From: a virus
Length of the DNA stretch: 64,000 nucleotides
IMG/VR virus record: IMGVR_UViG_3300027746_000697
Location: 32,001 to 96,000 of that record
Direction: 5' to 3' (one strand)
Positions 21,083 through 31,041 of the stretch are shown here, piece by piece. A program made the position numbers and the translations under genes. The notes under the pieces were generated by a model, which worked only from the letters and a program-made list of their open reading frames with translations, ran no database searches and was not told the origin of the DNA. Position 1 is the stretch's first letter; each line of letters begins with the position of its first letter.

Positions 21083-21502
21083 AACCAACTTAGAACTATT
21101 GACGCCGCTCACTTGGCTAATCTTAGCAGAGCACTTGTGGGATTTGATCGTTATTTTAACGGACAATTTCCCAACACTAATGGTAACTATCCACCACACA
21201 ACATTGTAAAGTATGATGAAACACATTACAGTATTGAAGTGGCAGTTGCCGGCTTCACCAAAGAAGAAATCAATGTAACTGTTGATCAAGATCAATTAAC
21301 TATCATCGGCAAACAACACATAACCGACGACAGTAAAGAGTACTTGCATCGAGGGTTAGCGGCTAGAGACTTTGAACAGACATTTACTCTTGCTGAGTAT
21401 ATGGAAGTCAAAGGTGCTGAAGTTAAAGATGGTATGCTCAAAATTCAAATAGAGCGTATTATTCCAGAGGCACTCAGACCTCGGCATATTGAAATTAAAT
21501 AA
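21080..21502 (+). CDS. small heat shock protein (Hsp20/IbpA-like)
   Basis: YPPHNI, IEVAVAGF, YLHRGLA.RDF, DGML.I. Confidence 0.93.
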   Translation: MNQLRTIDAAHLANLSRALVGFDRYFNGQFPNTNGNYPPHNIVKYDETHYSIEVAVAGFTKEEINVTVDQDQLTIIGKQHITDDSKEYLHRGLAARDFEQTFTLAEYMEVKGAEVKDGMLKIQIERIIPEALRPRHIEIK

Positions 21503-21550
21503 TTGTAAATAACAATGGGGGAGGAAACTCCCCCAACATCGGAGAACTAA

Positions 21551-21853
21551 ATGGCAGGCACGGATATTCAACTAGAAGAGAAAATTAAAGTAGTAGTAAG
21601 CGAACCTAAAAGATGGAAGGTTATCCTGCTCAACGATGATTCAACTCCAATGGATTTTGTTGTTTCAGTATTAATTGAAATTTTTAAACATAACCCTGAT
21701 ACTGCTCACGCTGTCATGGCAGAAGTACATGAAACCGGAAGTGGAATTGCCGGAATTTATAGCTTTGAAATTGCCGAAGCCAAAGCCGTTGAAGCAACCA
21801 ATCAAGCTCGTACTAGCAACCATCCTTTACAGATTAAATTGGAAGAAGAATGA
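21551..21853 (+). CDS. clpS: ATP-dependent Clp protease adaptor ClpS
   Basis: KVILLNDDSTPMDFVV, VHETG, EIAEAK, HPL. Confidence 0.9.
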   Translation: MAGTDIQLEEKIKVVVSEPKRWKVILLNDDSTPMDFVVSVLIEIFKHNPDTAHAVMAEVHETGSGIAGIYSFEIAEAKAVEATNQARTSNHPLQIKLEEE

Positions 21854-22395
21854 GTCTGCGAGATATTACCAAAGACCTTCATCACAAGGCAGAGACAACA
21901 ACATTTGCCAAGATGCTTCTTAGCGGCAAAATTGAAAAATCACACTATAGAAACTATCTGTATAATCTATTAGCAATATACGATCCAATTGAATGGTATT
22001 GTAAGCGGCAAGGTTTTTTTACAAATTTACACGAGTTGCCAAGATTGAAATCAATCCTTGCAGATTTTCTTGAACTGGATGAATGCGAATATTACTATTT
22101 AACTCCTGCTACTCTAGAGTATCAGGCATACTTGCACAAGCTGGCCAACGATCCAGAGCGTAAACATCTTATTAAAGCACACTTGTATTGCAGACACATG
22201 GGCGATTTATTTGGTGGTCAGATTATTAAGAAACAAGTAGCACATATTTCAAGTGGCAAATTTTATGAATTTGAAAATGCTGACACTATGAAGACTGCTA
22301 TTCGTTCAATGCTAACAGATGACCTTGGAGACGAAGCTCGTGTGGCGTTTGAGTACGCTATCAAAATGATGCGGGATCTCTACCATGGAGAGTAA
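21850..22395 (+). CDS. heme oxygenase (HemO/Ho1-like)
   Basis: LRDITKDLHHKAE, HLYCRHMGDLFGGQII, EARVAF. Confidence 0.9.
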   Translation: MSLRDITKDLHHKAETTTFAKMLLSGKIEKSHYRNYLYNLLAIYDPIEWYCKRQGFFTNLHELPRLKSILADFLELDECEYYYLTPATLEYQAYLHKLANDPERKHLIKAHLYCRHMGDLFGGQIIKKQVAHISSGKFYEFENADTMKTAIRSMLTDDLGDEARVAFEYAIKMMRDLYHGE

Positions 22396-23068
22396 TGTCT
22401 GGGATACATTGATCAAGATTGAGCAGTATCTTGAGTCACAATTTTACGCAACTGGTAGCATTATACACGAACCGGGTATGGCTCGCTTCAATCAACCAGG
22501 CTGGGTAAACAAAGTATGGGCAAGTAGTCGTTATCGTCGTGCCCATATCGATGTGGTAGATGCACGTGAAACAAAAGGCTTGTGGATGATGCATTGTTGC
22601 ATTTTCCCACATACCCACAATCCTGCTCCAATTTTTGGCTTTGATGTCATAGCAGGTAAAAACAAAATTACTGGTTGTTTTATCGACTACAGTCCAGCTG
22701 GCGATGCAGAACATCCTATGATTGAATACTTTGGCAAAGAAGTTGGCCGCTACGAGTGGAATAAAAAACGCAAACTGCCTGAGTGGGCAGAGCGCATTTT
22801 CAGCGAGCACATGGTGGCCGCCGGCAACGTAAGCGATGAAACTGAACTTAACCAACTCACAAGTCTGGCACATATCCTAGTAAATCATTACTTAGACTCA
22901 GTATCTGAAACTAATAATACAACCAACAATACTACAGAATCACAGAATTATTATTGTGAGAATCAAAAGCAAAACCCACATACTCCTAAAGTTATGGTTA
23001 GTTTAGGGCTTAGTGAGGAAGATGTACAGGTTTTTATTCAGGATTGCTTGTTCCCCGAAATACGATAA
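22385..23068 (+). CDS. ferredoxin-dependent bilin reductase (PcyX/PcyA-like)
   Basis: RRAHI, MMHCCIFP, PIFGFDVI, DYSP, QNYYCENQKQNPHT; adjacent to heme oxygenase. Confidence 0.85.
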   Translation: MESNVWDTLIKIEQYLESQFYATGSIIHEPGMARFNQPGWVNKVWASSRYRRAHIDVVDARETKGLWMMHCCIFPHTHNPAPIFGFDVIAGKNKITGCFIDYSPAGDAEHPMIEYFGKEVGRYEWNKKRKLPEWAERIFSEHMVAAGNVSDETELNQLTSLAHILVNHYLDSVSETNNTTNNTTESQNYYCENQKQNPHTPKVMVSLGLSEEDVQVFIQDCLFPEIR

Positions 23069-23078
23069 ATATTTTACT

Positions 23079-24695
23079 ATGAATATTCTCGATATAATCA
23101 CCGAAACAGCCATGTCTGCTGGCGAACTTCAAAAACATAACTATCTCAGTAATTTTGCCCAATTAATAAAATTAGGAACCCCTATAAAAATTGTAGCAAG
23201 CAAGCAAGATAAATTTGGAGAAACTGTTATAATCTCTAAAACTACAGCAATGCAAGCAATAAAAGACATCCTTATGGGCCGCGCAACAAGTTTACCGCTG
23301 AGTCGAGAAAGCATAAAAATTGTAAATGCATTACCTTCTAATGCTACAGCTAAATCTAAAATACTGCTAGTACCTATTACTGCTATAGAAAAGTCTATGC
23401 AAATTAAAGGAAAAACTAGCGATTTTAACATAGGCGGAATTGGAGAAATATGTTTAGGAGTTGCGGCAACTGCTAGATTTTTAAAATTAGCAGAATTAAT
23501 TGATGTGATGGATTTTATAAATTTTGCTAATGAGTTAAAAGTAACTCCATTTGTTGGAAAAACTGGAAAAATTGGAAACTCATTAAAATTAACATATTCC
23601 GGACCACTATATCATACTAACGGTAAAACAGATAAATTATTTTGTGTAATTGTTGCGCCAGGCCGCGACGTTAAAACATTCCTGCAAATAATGAAAAATC
23701 CTGAGTCTGCGCCACAAGCAGTTCAATCAGTTATATCATCATCTGTGGTATACGCTAACGATGCTAAAAAAATATCTGTAGGTATTAAAAGAACTTCTGA
23801 AGATCCTAATATTAATAATATTGAAATTGTAGCAGACGGACAAAGCGATAATAAAGGAACAAAAGCAGATTTAGTAATGAATATCGACCAGTCTCGAATT
23901 ACACTTATTAGTGCTAAAACAGGCCCAAGTCAACTTGGGCAAGCATCGGGCAAAGAATTTTCTAAACAAGTTGACTTCTTTCAAACTGTTTTCGGAGTTG
24001 ACATAAGCGGATTAAAGAAAACTTGGATTCCAGACGGCAAAGCCGACAATACTCCTACACTTACTATTGCTTGGCAAAAACATGCAATTCCTAAAGTATT
24101 ACGATTAACAGGCGGCGACAGTGTTCAAAAAGAAGCAAGTTTAGTACAATCGATAGCTAAAGGATTAATAAGATATGCTAACGACCAAACAGACACGGGT
24201 GAAGTAGAGACCGTAGATATTGTCAAATTAATCACAGATGTTGGACAGCCTGGTTATACTTTAATGAGAATTGACTCAAGGTTGGAATCAGCATTATCAA
24301 AAGTTGACTTACACGGAAGCCATACAGAACGCGGTGTTGCTGTATCTGGTAATGTTAATGGAAAAATGATTAGTTTATTTAGGGCTTGGAGTTATTACAG
24401 TCCGGCAGGAAAAACTACCAGAACTGCCATTGCTGGAGGCCCGTTGTTAGATACGTTAGCTGTATTGACTCCTGAGCAATATAGACAAGAAACTCCAACT
24501 CTAGTAGTTAGACCATCAAAAGAAAAAACTGCGGTTAAAACTGTACCAGTTAAAAAAACTGCGGTTAAAACTGTACCAGTTAACAATGTTCCTGTTGACA
24601 CAACTACAGATAACTCCGTTGTAGTGGAACCATCATCTACACAAGACATCGATGACCCAATGCAAGCAGAATCTATAATACGTCTAAAGTTTTAA
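23079..24695 (+). CDS. large hypothetical protein, putative virion-packaged
   Basis: TAAATA upstream; N-terminus MNILDIITE; possible degenerate PD-(D/E)XK (KADL..ISAK); KTAVKTVPV repeat near C-terminus. Confidence 0.6.
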   Translation: MNILDIITETAMSAGELQKHNYLSNFAQLIKLGTPIKIVASKQDKFGETVIISKTTAMQAIKDILMGRATSLPLSRESIKIVNALPSNATAKSKILLVPITAIEKSMQIKGKTSDFNIGGIGEICLGVAATARFLKLAELIDVMDFINFANELKVTPFVGKTGKIGNSLKLTYSGPLYHTNGKTDKLFCVIVAPGRDVKTFLQIMKNPESAPQAVQSVISSSVVYANDAKKISVGIKRTSEDPNINNIEIVADGQSDNKGTKADLVMNIDQSRITLISAKTGPSQLGQASGKEFSKQVDFFQTVFGVDISGLKKTWIPDGKADNTPTLTIAWQKHAIPKVLRLTGGDSVQKEASLVQSIAKGLIRYANDQTDTGEVETVDIVKLITDVGQPGYTLMRIDSRLESALSKVDLHGSHTERGVAVSGNVNGKMISLFRAWSYYSPAGKTTRTAIAGGPLLDTLAVLTPEQYRQETPTLVVRPSKEKTAVKTVPVKKTAVKTVPVNNVPVDTTTDNSVVVEPSSTQDIDDPMQAESIIRLKF

Positions 24696-24764
24696 TCTTG
24701 CAGTAACAATAAAAGTAGTAGTTATCGATAAATACTGGTATAATAACTTAACCGGGAGCTAATT

Positions 24765-25934
24765 ATGACTATCGTGGATCAAATCAATATTAGAAATCAA
24801 GCAACCACAGAAGGTACTGTGGGTGCTGATGGCACATACAGTGCTGAGACAAGTCAAACTACCACTGCTGACGCAGGGTACGATGACACAAGTGTACATG
24901 CAGAATACGAAAACAGCGTCAAAGCAGAAGTTGCAGTTGGCGCAACAGCCGGTGACGAAACAGCCGGCGGCAGTGTAGAAGTAAGTGCCAGTGCAGAAAT
25001 TACACAAAGCGCACACATTGAAGCAGGCCTAGACGGCAACAATGCATATGTTGATGTTGGAGCCAAAGACATGGCAGAAGCACATGTAACTGTGGATGCA
25101 GAAGCACATGCTGGTCCAGTCAGTGCAGAAGTTAGTGGCGATGCTTATGCTAAATCAGGCGTAAGTGCTGAAGCCAGTGCCCGTGCAGGTGACGGAGGTG
25201 TTCAAGCACAAGGCGAAGTATTTGCAGGTAATGCAGTGGGTGTTGATGCCAGTGCTACTGGAGGAGTTAGTGGTGTATCAGGAACGGTTGGCAGTGGAGT
25301 CAGTATTGGTGAACAAGTTGGTGTAGGCGGCGGCGGCCAAGCTACATTTGCAGATGGCACAGCAACCGTTGGAATCAGCGGAGAAGTTGCAGTGTTGGTG
25401 GGTGTTGAAGTTGACTTGTCTGTTAGTGTAGACACTAATCAAGTTGCAGATGATTCTGTTGCACTTGCGGCCGCAACAGAAGAACAATACCGAAGAATTG
25501 CACAAGAAGCTCAACGTCAATTTGATGAAGTGGCTCGTAATGCACAAATTGCTGCCGAAGAAGCACATCGTCAAGCAGAAGCCGCGGCCGTGGAAGCTCA
25601 ACGTGTGGCTGACGAAGTGGCTCAAGCTCAACGTGTGGCTGAACAACAAGCCGCAGAAGCTCAACGTGTAGCACAAGAGCAAGCTGAAATTGCTCGTCGC
25701 CAAGCAGAACAAGCTGCCGCAGAAGCTCAACGTGTAGCACAAGAGCAAGCCGCCGCCGCGCAACGCTTTGCAGAACAACAAGCCGCTGACGCCAAACGAG
25801 TTGCAGATGCTGCCGCTGCCGAAAGCAAACGAATTGCAGATGCTGCCGCAGATGAAGCTCGTAGACAAGCAGATGCTGCCAAACGAGCATTAGAAAATGC
25901 TGGCAAAAAGATGGATCCAAGACGCTGGTTCTAA
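24765..25934 (+). CDS. hypothetical protein: Gly/Ala/Val beta-rich N-terminus plus Ala/Gln/Glu coiled-coil repeats
   Basis: EAQRVA repeats; TAAATA and GGAG upstream. Confidence 0.7.
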   Translation: MTIVDQINIRNQATTEGTVGADGTYSAETSQTTTADAGYDDTSVHAEYENSVKAEVAVGATAGDETAGGSVEVSASAEITQSAHIEAGLDGNNAYVDVGAKDMAEAHVTVDAEAHAGPVSAEVSGDAYAKSGVSAEASARAGDGGVQAQGEVFAGNAVGVDASATGGVSGVSGTVGSGVSIGEQVGVGGGGQATFADGTATVGISGEVAVLVGVEVDLSVSVDTNQVADDSVALAAATEEQYRRIAQEAQRQFDEVARNAQIAAEEAHRQAEAAAVEAQRVADEVAQAQRVAEQQAAEAQRVAQEQAEIARRQAEQAAAEAQRVAQEQAAAAQRFAEQQAADAKRVADAAAAESKRIADAAADEARRQADAAKRALENAGKKMDPRRWF

Positions 25935-25950
25935 ATTATATAACTGTATA

Positions 25951-25978
25951 GAAAATAGGACCTTTGGGTCCTATTTTC
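25951..25978. terminator. intrinsic terminator (bidirectional type)
   Basis: GAAAATAGGACC-TTTG-GGTCCTATTTTC. Confidence 0.75.
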
Positions 25979-26100
25979 ACGACTAAGTGTTGAAAAATTA
26001 ACACTGTTGAAAAATCAACATGTTGTAATAATAACAGCAGAGTTTAATATTTGTAATTTCATGAATAAATAATTTTAATAACAAATAGGAACGAGATAAC

Positions 26101-26532
26101 ATGCTGGACGGAGTCAAACAAGCTACGACTGCACTTAAAACAGCACAAAGTGCAGGCAAAGAATTAGGAGCAGTTGTATCAAGCCAACAGGCTGATATGG
26201 AAGCTACCGTTCAGCGCGAGCATGAATCCCGTATAAAATCTAAACTAGCAGAGCAACATCGAAAATCAACTCTTGAGTATAGAGCTCTTGAAAAATTTGA
26301 GATTAAGATGAAGTACGAGCGAGATGTGGCTAGACTAAAGGCTGAAACTATTCAAAAATACGGCAAGGATGCGTGGATCAAAGTAGAAGCTGAAAAAGCT
26401 GTTATAGAAAAAGAATATAAAGCTGAATTATCTGCAATGGATCGAGACCGACAAAAACAAATTGATGTGTTGTGCTGGTGTTTTGTAGCTGGCACATTAG
26501 TTACTTACTTTTTTAAACTATACAAAATATGA
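26101..26532 (+). CDS. coiled-coil protein with C-terminal TM
   Basis: ORF track. Confidence 0.6.
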   Translation: MLDGVKQATTALKTAQSAGKELGAVVSSQQADMEATVQREHESRIKSKLAEQHRKSTLEYRALEKFEIKMKYERDVARLKAETIQKYGKDAWIKVEAEKAVIEKEYKAELSAMDRDRQKQIDVLCWCFVAGTLVTYFFKLYKI

Positions 26533-26609
26533 GATTACCACAAATTGTTCTGATATTAACATTATTAGTCACTGCGTTCTTGATATGGATGGAATGGCAA
26601 TTAAAGTAA
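26529..26609 (+). CDS. small membrane peptide (26 aa)
   Basis: ATGA overlap; MRLPQIVLILTLLVTAFLIWMEWQLK. Confidence 0.45.
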   Translation: MRLPQIVLILTLLVTAFLIWMEWQLK

Positions 26610-27311
26610 TTAACGTAGACGTGCCAGACCCACTAATCTAAACAGGCCCAACCACATCCAACCTATATCAAATTCAAACCAGCGGCGACTGAGACGAGGA
26701 TTTGCGGGTTCCAAATGATGATTATTGTGCAGACATTCACCGCCAATAAGAATGCCCCAAGGCATAATATTTTTACTTTTATCCTTAGTTTCGCCATTTC
26801 TATATCCTATCCAATGTCCAACACCGTTGATAACACCTGCGGCCCAGAACGGAATCCATATCATTTGCACACCCCATATAACTAGGCCCCACGGTCCAAA
26901 GAACAGGCAGTCTATGACCAGCATTAGAAGAATACCAAGGCGGCTATGGGGTGTGTAAATGACCCGTTCAATCCAATCCTCAGGTGTGCCTACACCATAT
27001 TGTTGAATCATTTCTTTGTCTTTACTTGCTGAGTGATATAAAACTGCTCCCTTAAACAACACACGCCAAATACCGTATATGTGCGGAGTATGAGGGTCGC
27101 CTTCTTGATCACTAAATCTATGATGTTTTCTATGGATAGCTACCCACTGCTTGGTAACCATTCCGGTTGTGAGCCACAGCCAGAATCGCATAAAATGCTC
27201 CAATACAGGGTGGAAAATAATTCCTTTGTGAGCTTGTCCTCTGTGTAAATACAGAGTAACGCATATTATAGTAATATGCGTCATAGCCAAAGTTGCTATA
27301 AGTTCTATCAT
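26610..27311 (-). CDS. fatty acid (delta-9-type) desaturase
   Basis: His boxes HRGQAH, HRKHH, HNNHH; WFEFDIGW. Confidence 0.92.
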   Translation of the reverse strand: MIELIATLAMTHITIICVTLYLHRGQAHKGIIFHPVLEHFMRFWLWLTTGMVTKQWVAIHRKHHRFSDQEGDPHTPHIYGIWRVLFKGAVLYHSASKDKEMIQQYGVGTPEDWIERVIYTPHSRLGILLMLVIDCLFFGPWGLVIWGVQMIWIPFWAAGVINGVGHWIGYRNGETKDKSKNIMPWGILIGGECLHNNHHLEPANPRLSRRWFEFDIGWMWLGLFRLVGLARLR

Positions 27312-27338
27312 GCAATATTTATCCTACTAAAGACCACT

Positions 27339-27974
27339 ATGAAAACCATAGCTTTGTTTGTACATGATCCAAAATGCTCTGTACAAAGTGCAAACGGCAT
27401 TATGCGGGCACTGAGTCCACATTACAGATTTAAACTATTTGGGAAAAATCCCCTAGAAGATGTGTTCTTTGATGATGTTGATATGATAGCAATTCCTGGA
27501 GGAATTGGGGACTCGGAATCTTTTCATTATCTGCTTAGAAACAGTGGAGACTTGATCCGTCAATTTGTCAGCAAGGGTGGCAAATATCTAGGCATTTGTA
27601 TGGGTGCATATTGGGCCGGCAGTTGTTATCTCAATGTGTTAGACAGTGTGGATGCTGTGCAATACATCAAGCAACCTGGAACAGACACACGTCGCCCACA
27701 TGCCAAAGCCGTTGATGTAACGTGGAATGGTGTACAGGATAAGATGTTCTTCTATGACGGATGTGCGCTAGTCGGTGATGTTACTAAATTTACAACGGTT
27801 GCCACGTATGCCAACGGTGATGCCATGGCCATTGTACAGAATAATATTGGGTTAATAGGATGCCATCCTGAGAGTGAACAATTTTGGTACGACGGATACA
27901 GTTGGTTAAAAGGAAAACATCAAGATCACCATCATGCACTATTGCTTGAATTTGTTGATAACTTGATGAAATAA
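27339..27974 (+). CDS. BPL-N / class I glutamine amidotransferase-like protein
   Basis: IPGG, GKYLGICMGAY nucleophile elbow, GCHPE. Confidence 0.8.
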   Translation: MKTIALFVHDPKCSVQSANGIMRALSPHYRFKLFGKNPLEDVFFDDVDMIAIPGGIGDSESFHYLLRNSGDLIRQFVSKGGKYLGICMGAYWAGSCYLNVLDSVDAVQYIKQPGTDTRRPHAKAVDVTWNGVQDKMFFYDGCALVGDVTKFTTVATYANGDAMAIVQNNIGLIGCHPESEQFWYDGYSWLKGKHQDHHHALLLEFVDNLMK

Positions 27975-27977
27975 AAA

Positions 27978-28073
27978 TGCTCACTTTCGAAAGTCTAGGA
28001 TTCCCGGCCCAGCCACTCGCGCCAGCAGCCGGCGCACACTCCGTTACGAATAACGGGTCCTAAGGTGTGTTCT
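27978..28073 (-). ncRNA. candidate structured RNA (GC-rich, possible pseudoknot)
   Basis: Minus strand ACAC-CTTAGGA-CCCGTTA(TTCG)TAACGG-AGTGT, GCGCC..GGCGC, TCCTAG complementary to the TAGGA loop, ACTT(TCGA)AAGT. Confidence 0.45.
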
Positions 28074-28085
28074 TTAATAAAGTAT

Positions 28086-28868
28086 TTACCTTCCTATATA
28101 TACTTTAGGCTCTGCTTCGGATTGTCGCTGTTTTTCAGACTTGGGAAATAGCTCGTTACCGTATTGAGGATATTTTTGCTGTCGATCGTAAGCTACCCAC
28201 ATAAAAACTCCACCCATGACAAATATTATAAACACGATTGCAATGCCTATTATGAAATCTTCTCTAATTTGTTTCATTCGTGCCGCACGTCTACGATCTT
28301 GTATAGCTTGACGTTGCATCTGACGAGTAATAAGAACACTTTGTTCCTTGCCCATCTGTTTCATCATTTCTTCTACTTCAGTGTATAAAGCTCCTAGTTC
28401 TTTGGGACTTTGATACACCATCAATTCACGCAACTCTACTTCCATTTGTTGTAATTGCTTTTTCATCAGGACACGCTGTAAAGCACGTTTGCCTAAACTT
28501 GCGTCACCTGTGTACACTTCAGTTTTTGCTCTGCGCTCTTCTTCTTCAAACACCGCTATGCATTTGTAAAAGTTATCGTAGTATGTGCCAAGGTGATTAC
28601 CAATTTCTGTATAGATACCAGTGTGCTCGTCTGCATTGGCTTTTTTGTTTAATGTAATTACCCGATTTTTTTCTTCTATGAAAGCATTTTTCTGTGCCAC
28701 CGTGGGAGGTTTTTCAGGTGGATGTAATTTTTGAAACTGTGCATCAAGATCTTTAATCACATCCTTTACATCACCAGCCGCGCCTTTGATGTCTTTGTAA
28801 AGTTTACACCCAGCCTTAACAGCGGAGACTGCTCCGTTGGCCAAAGCAAATAGTGTAATTGGATCCAT
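28086..28868 (-). CDS. hypothetical membrane protein with coiled coil
   Basis: MDPITLFALANGAVSAVK N-terminus; C-terminal TM. Confidence 0.7.
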   Translation of the reverse strand: MDPITLFALANGAVSAVKAGCKLYKDIKGAAGDVKDVIKDLDAQFQKLHPPEKPPTVAQKNAFIEEKNRVITLNKKANADEHTGIYTEIGNHLGTYYDNFYKCIAVFEEEERRAKTEVYTGDASLGKRALQRVLMKKQLQQMEVELRELMVYQSPKELGALYTEVEEMMKQMGKEQSVLITRQMQRQAIQDRRRAARMKQIREDFIIGIAIVFIIFVMGGVFMWVAYDRQQKYPQYGNELFPKSEKQRQSEAEPKVYIGR

Positions 28869-28873
28869 ATTAA

Positions 28874-29107
28874 TTAAACGTAAAGGTCTATAGTGCCTAC
28901 CTTGAATATTTCCATAAGCACATGATTTTCGTGCGATCTTTTCAAATACACATCATACAAGTAATCTCTAAAATGTATTTTTTCAGTTAGTTGTTTATTA
29001 TATTCAGTCCAACGCTCTTCATTCTTTCTTGCATGAACATCGGCCAGTATGCCATCCACATTTGCATAACTTGGCTGCACAATTGGGAACCATGTGACAG
29101 CATCCAT
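28874..29107 (-). CDS. hypothetical protein
   Basis: ORF track, coupled to neighbours. Confidence 0.55.
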   Translation of the reverse strand: MDAVTWFPIVQPSYANVDGILADVHARKNEERWTEYNKQLTEKIHFRDYLYDVYLKRSHENHVLMEIFKVGTIDLYV

Positions 29108-29448
29108 TATGATTTTTCCTTGCGTTCCTTCTCTTCGGCTCTGGAATAATAATAAAGTATTTTGCCCCGCAATTCAGCTGAATCGGCTGCGCCTGTCCAT
29201 TCTGCAAGACGATTCCAAATCAACACAAGTTGTTTACTGTCACACTTGTCTCCATTTTTTGTTAACCATATTGATAGTTGCTGATGTCGTAGGCTAGGAT
29301 CATGTAATGTGTATGCAATGTTATAAAAATTAGATACTGAACATGTTTTAGTATCCGTGGCAACAACACCGCCTATGCAATCATCACAGGATTGACCTAC
29401 ACTAGACGCACCCAACAACGATAATAAAAATATTATTCGCCATTTCAT
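29107..29448 (-). CDS. secreted hypothetical protein
   Basis: Signal peptide, Cys pairs. Confidence 0.6.
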   Translation of the reverse strand: MKWRIIFLLSLLGASSVGQSCDDCIGGVVATDTKTCSVSNFYNIAYTLHDPSLRHQQLSIWLTKNGDKCDSKQLVLIWNRLAEWTGAADSAELRGKILYYYSRAEEKERKEKS

Positions 29449-30164
29449 TGCGACATCTCTGATGTGGCTAGATTAATTCTAGTTTTAACCACACTCAGTT
29501 CTGTTGGTTCTGTTTTGAATCCAACAGACACATATCCGTCAAAGTCTCCAATCTCTGGAGGAATACCACCACGACAGATAAACGTGGCGCCTTGCTTGAC
29601 TTCCCATTCTGAAGTCTTGCCAGTAACTTCTAACTTATCGCATATAACTTCACCGTTGAGCATGCCAATGATTGCGGCATTACGTGCAGGATCTTTGCTG
29701 AACAAACTGGAAACTAATCCGTCTAATGTGTTATCTCTGCCTCTGGGGCCAAACGCCAACATAGTTACTCTGGTGTTGACAACTAGACTGGCTTTGTGTA
29801 CTACAACTGATACTGCTTCTAGATCTTTTTGTAGACTCACAGCAACTGGTATGAGATGATTTACTTCTTTGAGGTTGGTGATCTTACTGCTTTGGGTTAT
29901 GGCATTTAGGATAACTGTTCTGCTGTCCCAAGCAAAATAACCAAAGAAGAACACACTGGCCAACAGTATAACTTCAAACAGTTTAAATGGGCTATCAACC
30001 CATTTGATCAAATCTATTGCTTTGTCCAGCATTGATGATGCTGATTTGGTAGTGCTACTAACATCAATCACAATAGGAGAATTAGCGGCCTTCTTAACAG
30101 GCGCTTTCTTAACAGGCGCTTTCTTAACAGGCGCTTTCTTAGCAGGTGTTTTTTTGATGACCAT
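29445..30164 (-). CDS. membrane-anchored hypothetical protein with KKAPV repeats
   Basis: 15-nt tandem repeat at 30091-30135 encodes KKAPV; one TM. Confidence 0.65.
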   Translation of the reverse strand: MVIKKTPAKKAPVKKAPVKKAPVKKAANSPIVIDVSSTTKSASSMLDKAIDLIKWVDSPFKLFEVILLASVFFFGYFAWDSRTVILNAITQSSKITNLKEVNHLIPVAVSLQKDLEAVSVVVHKASLVVNTRVTMLAFGPRGRDNTLDGLVSSLFSKDPARNAAIIGMLNGEVICDKLEVTGKTSEWEVKQGATFICRGGIPPEIGDFDGYVSVGFKTEPTELSVVKTRINLATSEMSQ

Positions 30165-30202
30165 TGATTCGCTCCCAACTTATACTACTGTTTTGATAAT
30201 GG

Positions 30203-30580
30203 TTACTTCTTCCCACCATTGTTACTTTGTTTCTCTTTGAACTTTTCCAACTCTTGCACACGCCATACTAGAGTGTCTAACACTGCTTTGTTGGCACCGC
30301 TTCTTGATAGTGCTTCTGTGTTAGCCTGCATGAAGTCTTGGCGCAGTTTTTCACGAACCAGTTCAGCACCCATGTTCGGTGCTTGTTTGTTGTCTGATGT
30401 CACCACCAACTGCATCTTGCCTTCAAGAATGGTCAACTGTGTATGAACCGCACTCAGCGCATTCATCAAGTACACCACACAGGCAAACATGATGGGCAAT
30501 ACTGCAAATGTTACCTTTTCAATCAGCGCACCTTTGGCTTCGCCAGCACTCATCTTTTCTTTGATTTGTTCCAATTCCAT
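30203..30580 (-). CDS. hypothetical membrane protein
   Basis: AAGGAG RBS; one TM. Confidence 0.6.
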   Translation of the reverse strand: MELEQIKEKMSAGEAKGALIEKVTFAVLPIMFACVVYLMNALSAVHTQLTILEGKMQLVVTSDNKQAPNMGAELVREKLRQDFMQANTEALSRSGANKAVLDTLVWRVQELEKFKEKQSNNGGKK

Positions 30581-30741
30581 GGTTTTCGCTCCTTTTGGAT
30601 TGTTTGTTCGCGGATTTGCTACTGAAAAATCGATTCGCTCCCGACTTGTTCCTTCAATAATATTTAGCTTTTAAAGCACCAATTCTCTTGCTATACTAAA
30701 TACAAGGCACTATAATAGTGTTTTAATAGGAAAATAAGTAA

Positions 30742-30945
30742 ATGGCAACAGGTAAAGTAAAATGGTTTAATGAAACCAAAGGTTTTGGGTTTATTACTCC
30801 AGACAACGGCGGTGAGGATTTATTTGCTCACTACTCAGCGATTCAGACATCAGGATTCAAAGTTCTGCAAGAGAATCAATCAGTAAGTTTTGACGTAGTA
30901 CAGGGTCAAAAAGGCTTGCAAGCCGCAAATATTCAACCGCAGTAA
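30742..30945 (+). CDS. cold-shock protein (CspA family)
   Basis: [15 protein letters not shown] (RNP1), LFAHYSAI (RNP2). Confidence 0.95.
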   Translation: MATGKVKWFNETKGFGFITPDNGGEDLFAHYSAIQTSGFKVLQENQSVSFDVVQGQKGLQAANIQPQ

Positions 30946-30967
30946 TTAGGATAATACGGAGAGCATC

Positions 30968-31033
30968 ATGGCCCAGAAGAAAAGAACACCAATGGAACGT
31001 GCGGCTCGCCGTGCTACCAAAAAGAAACGTTGA
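30968..31033 (+). CDS. 21-aa basic peptide
   Basis: GGAGAG RBS; MAQKKRTPMERAARRATKKKR. Confidence 0.45.
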   Translation: MAQKKRTPMERAARRATKKKR

Positions 31034-31041
31034 TTTAAAAA

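Noticed and set aside
25987-26020. Tandem TGTTGA-AAAA-T(C/T)AACA palindromes as an operator
   Set aside because: The pattern is real, but no regulator can be assigned and the region is very AT-rich.
24523-30135. Short tandem repeats (about 24523-24582, 25590-25750, 30091-30135)
   Set aside because: In-frame low-complexity protein repeats (KTAVKTVPV, EAQRVA, KKAPV), not independent elements.
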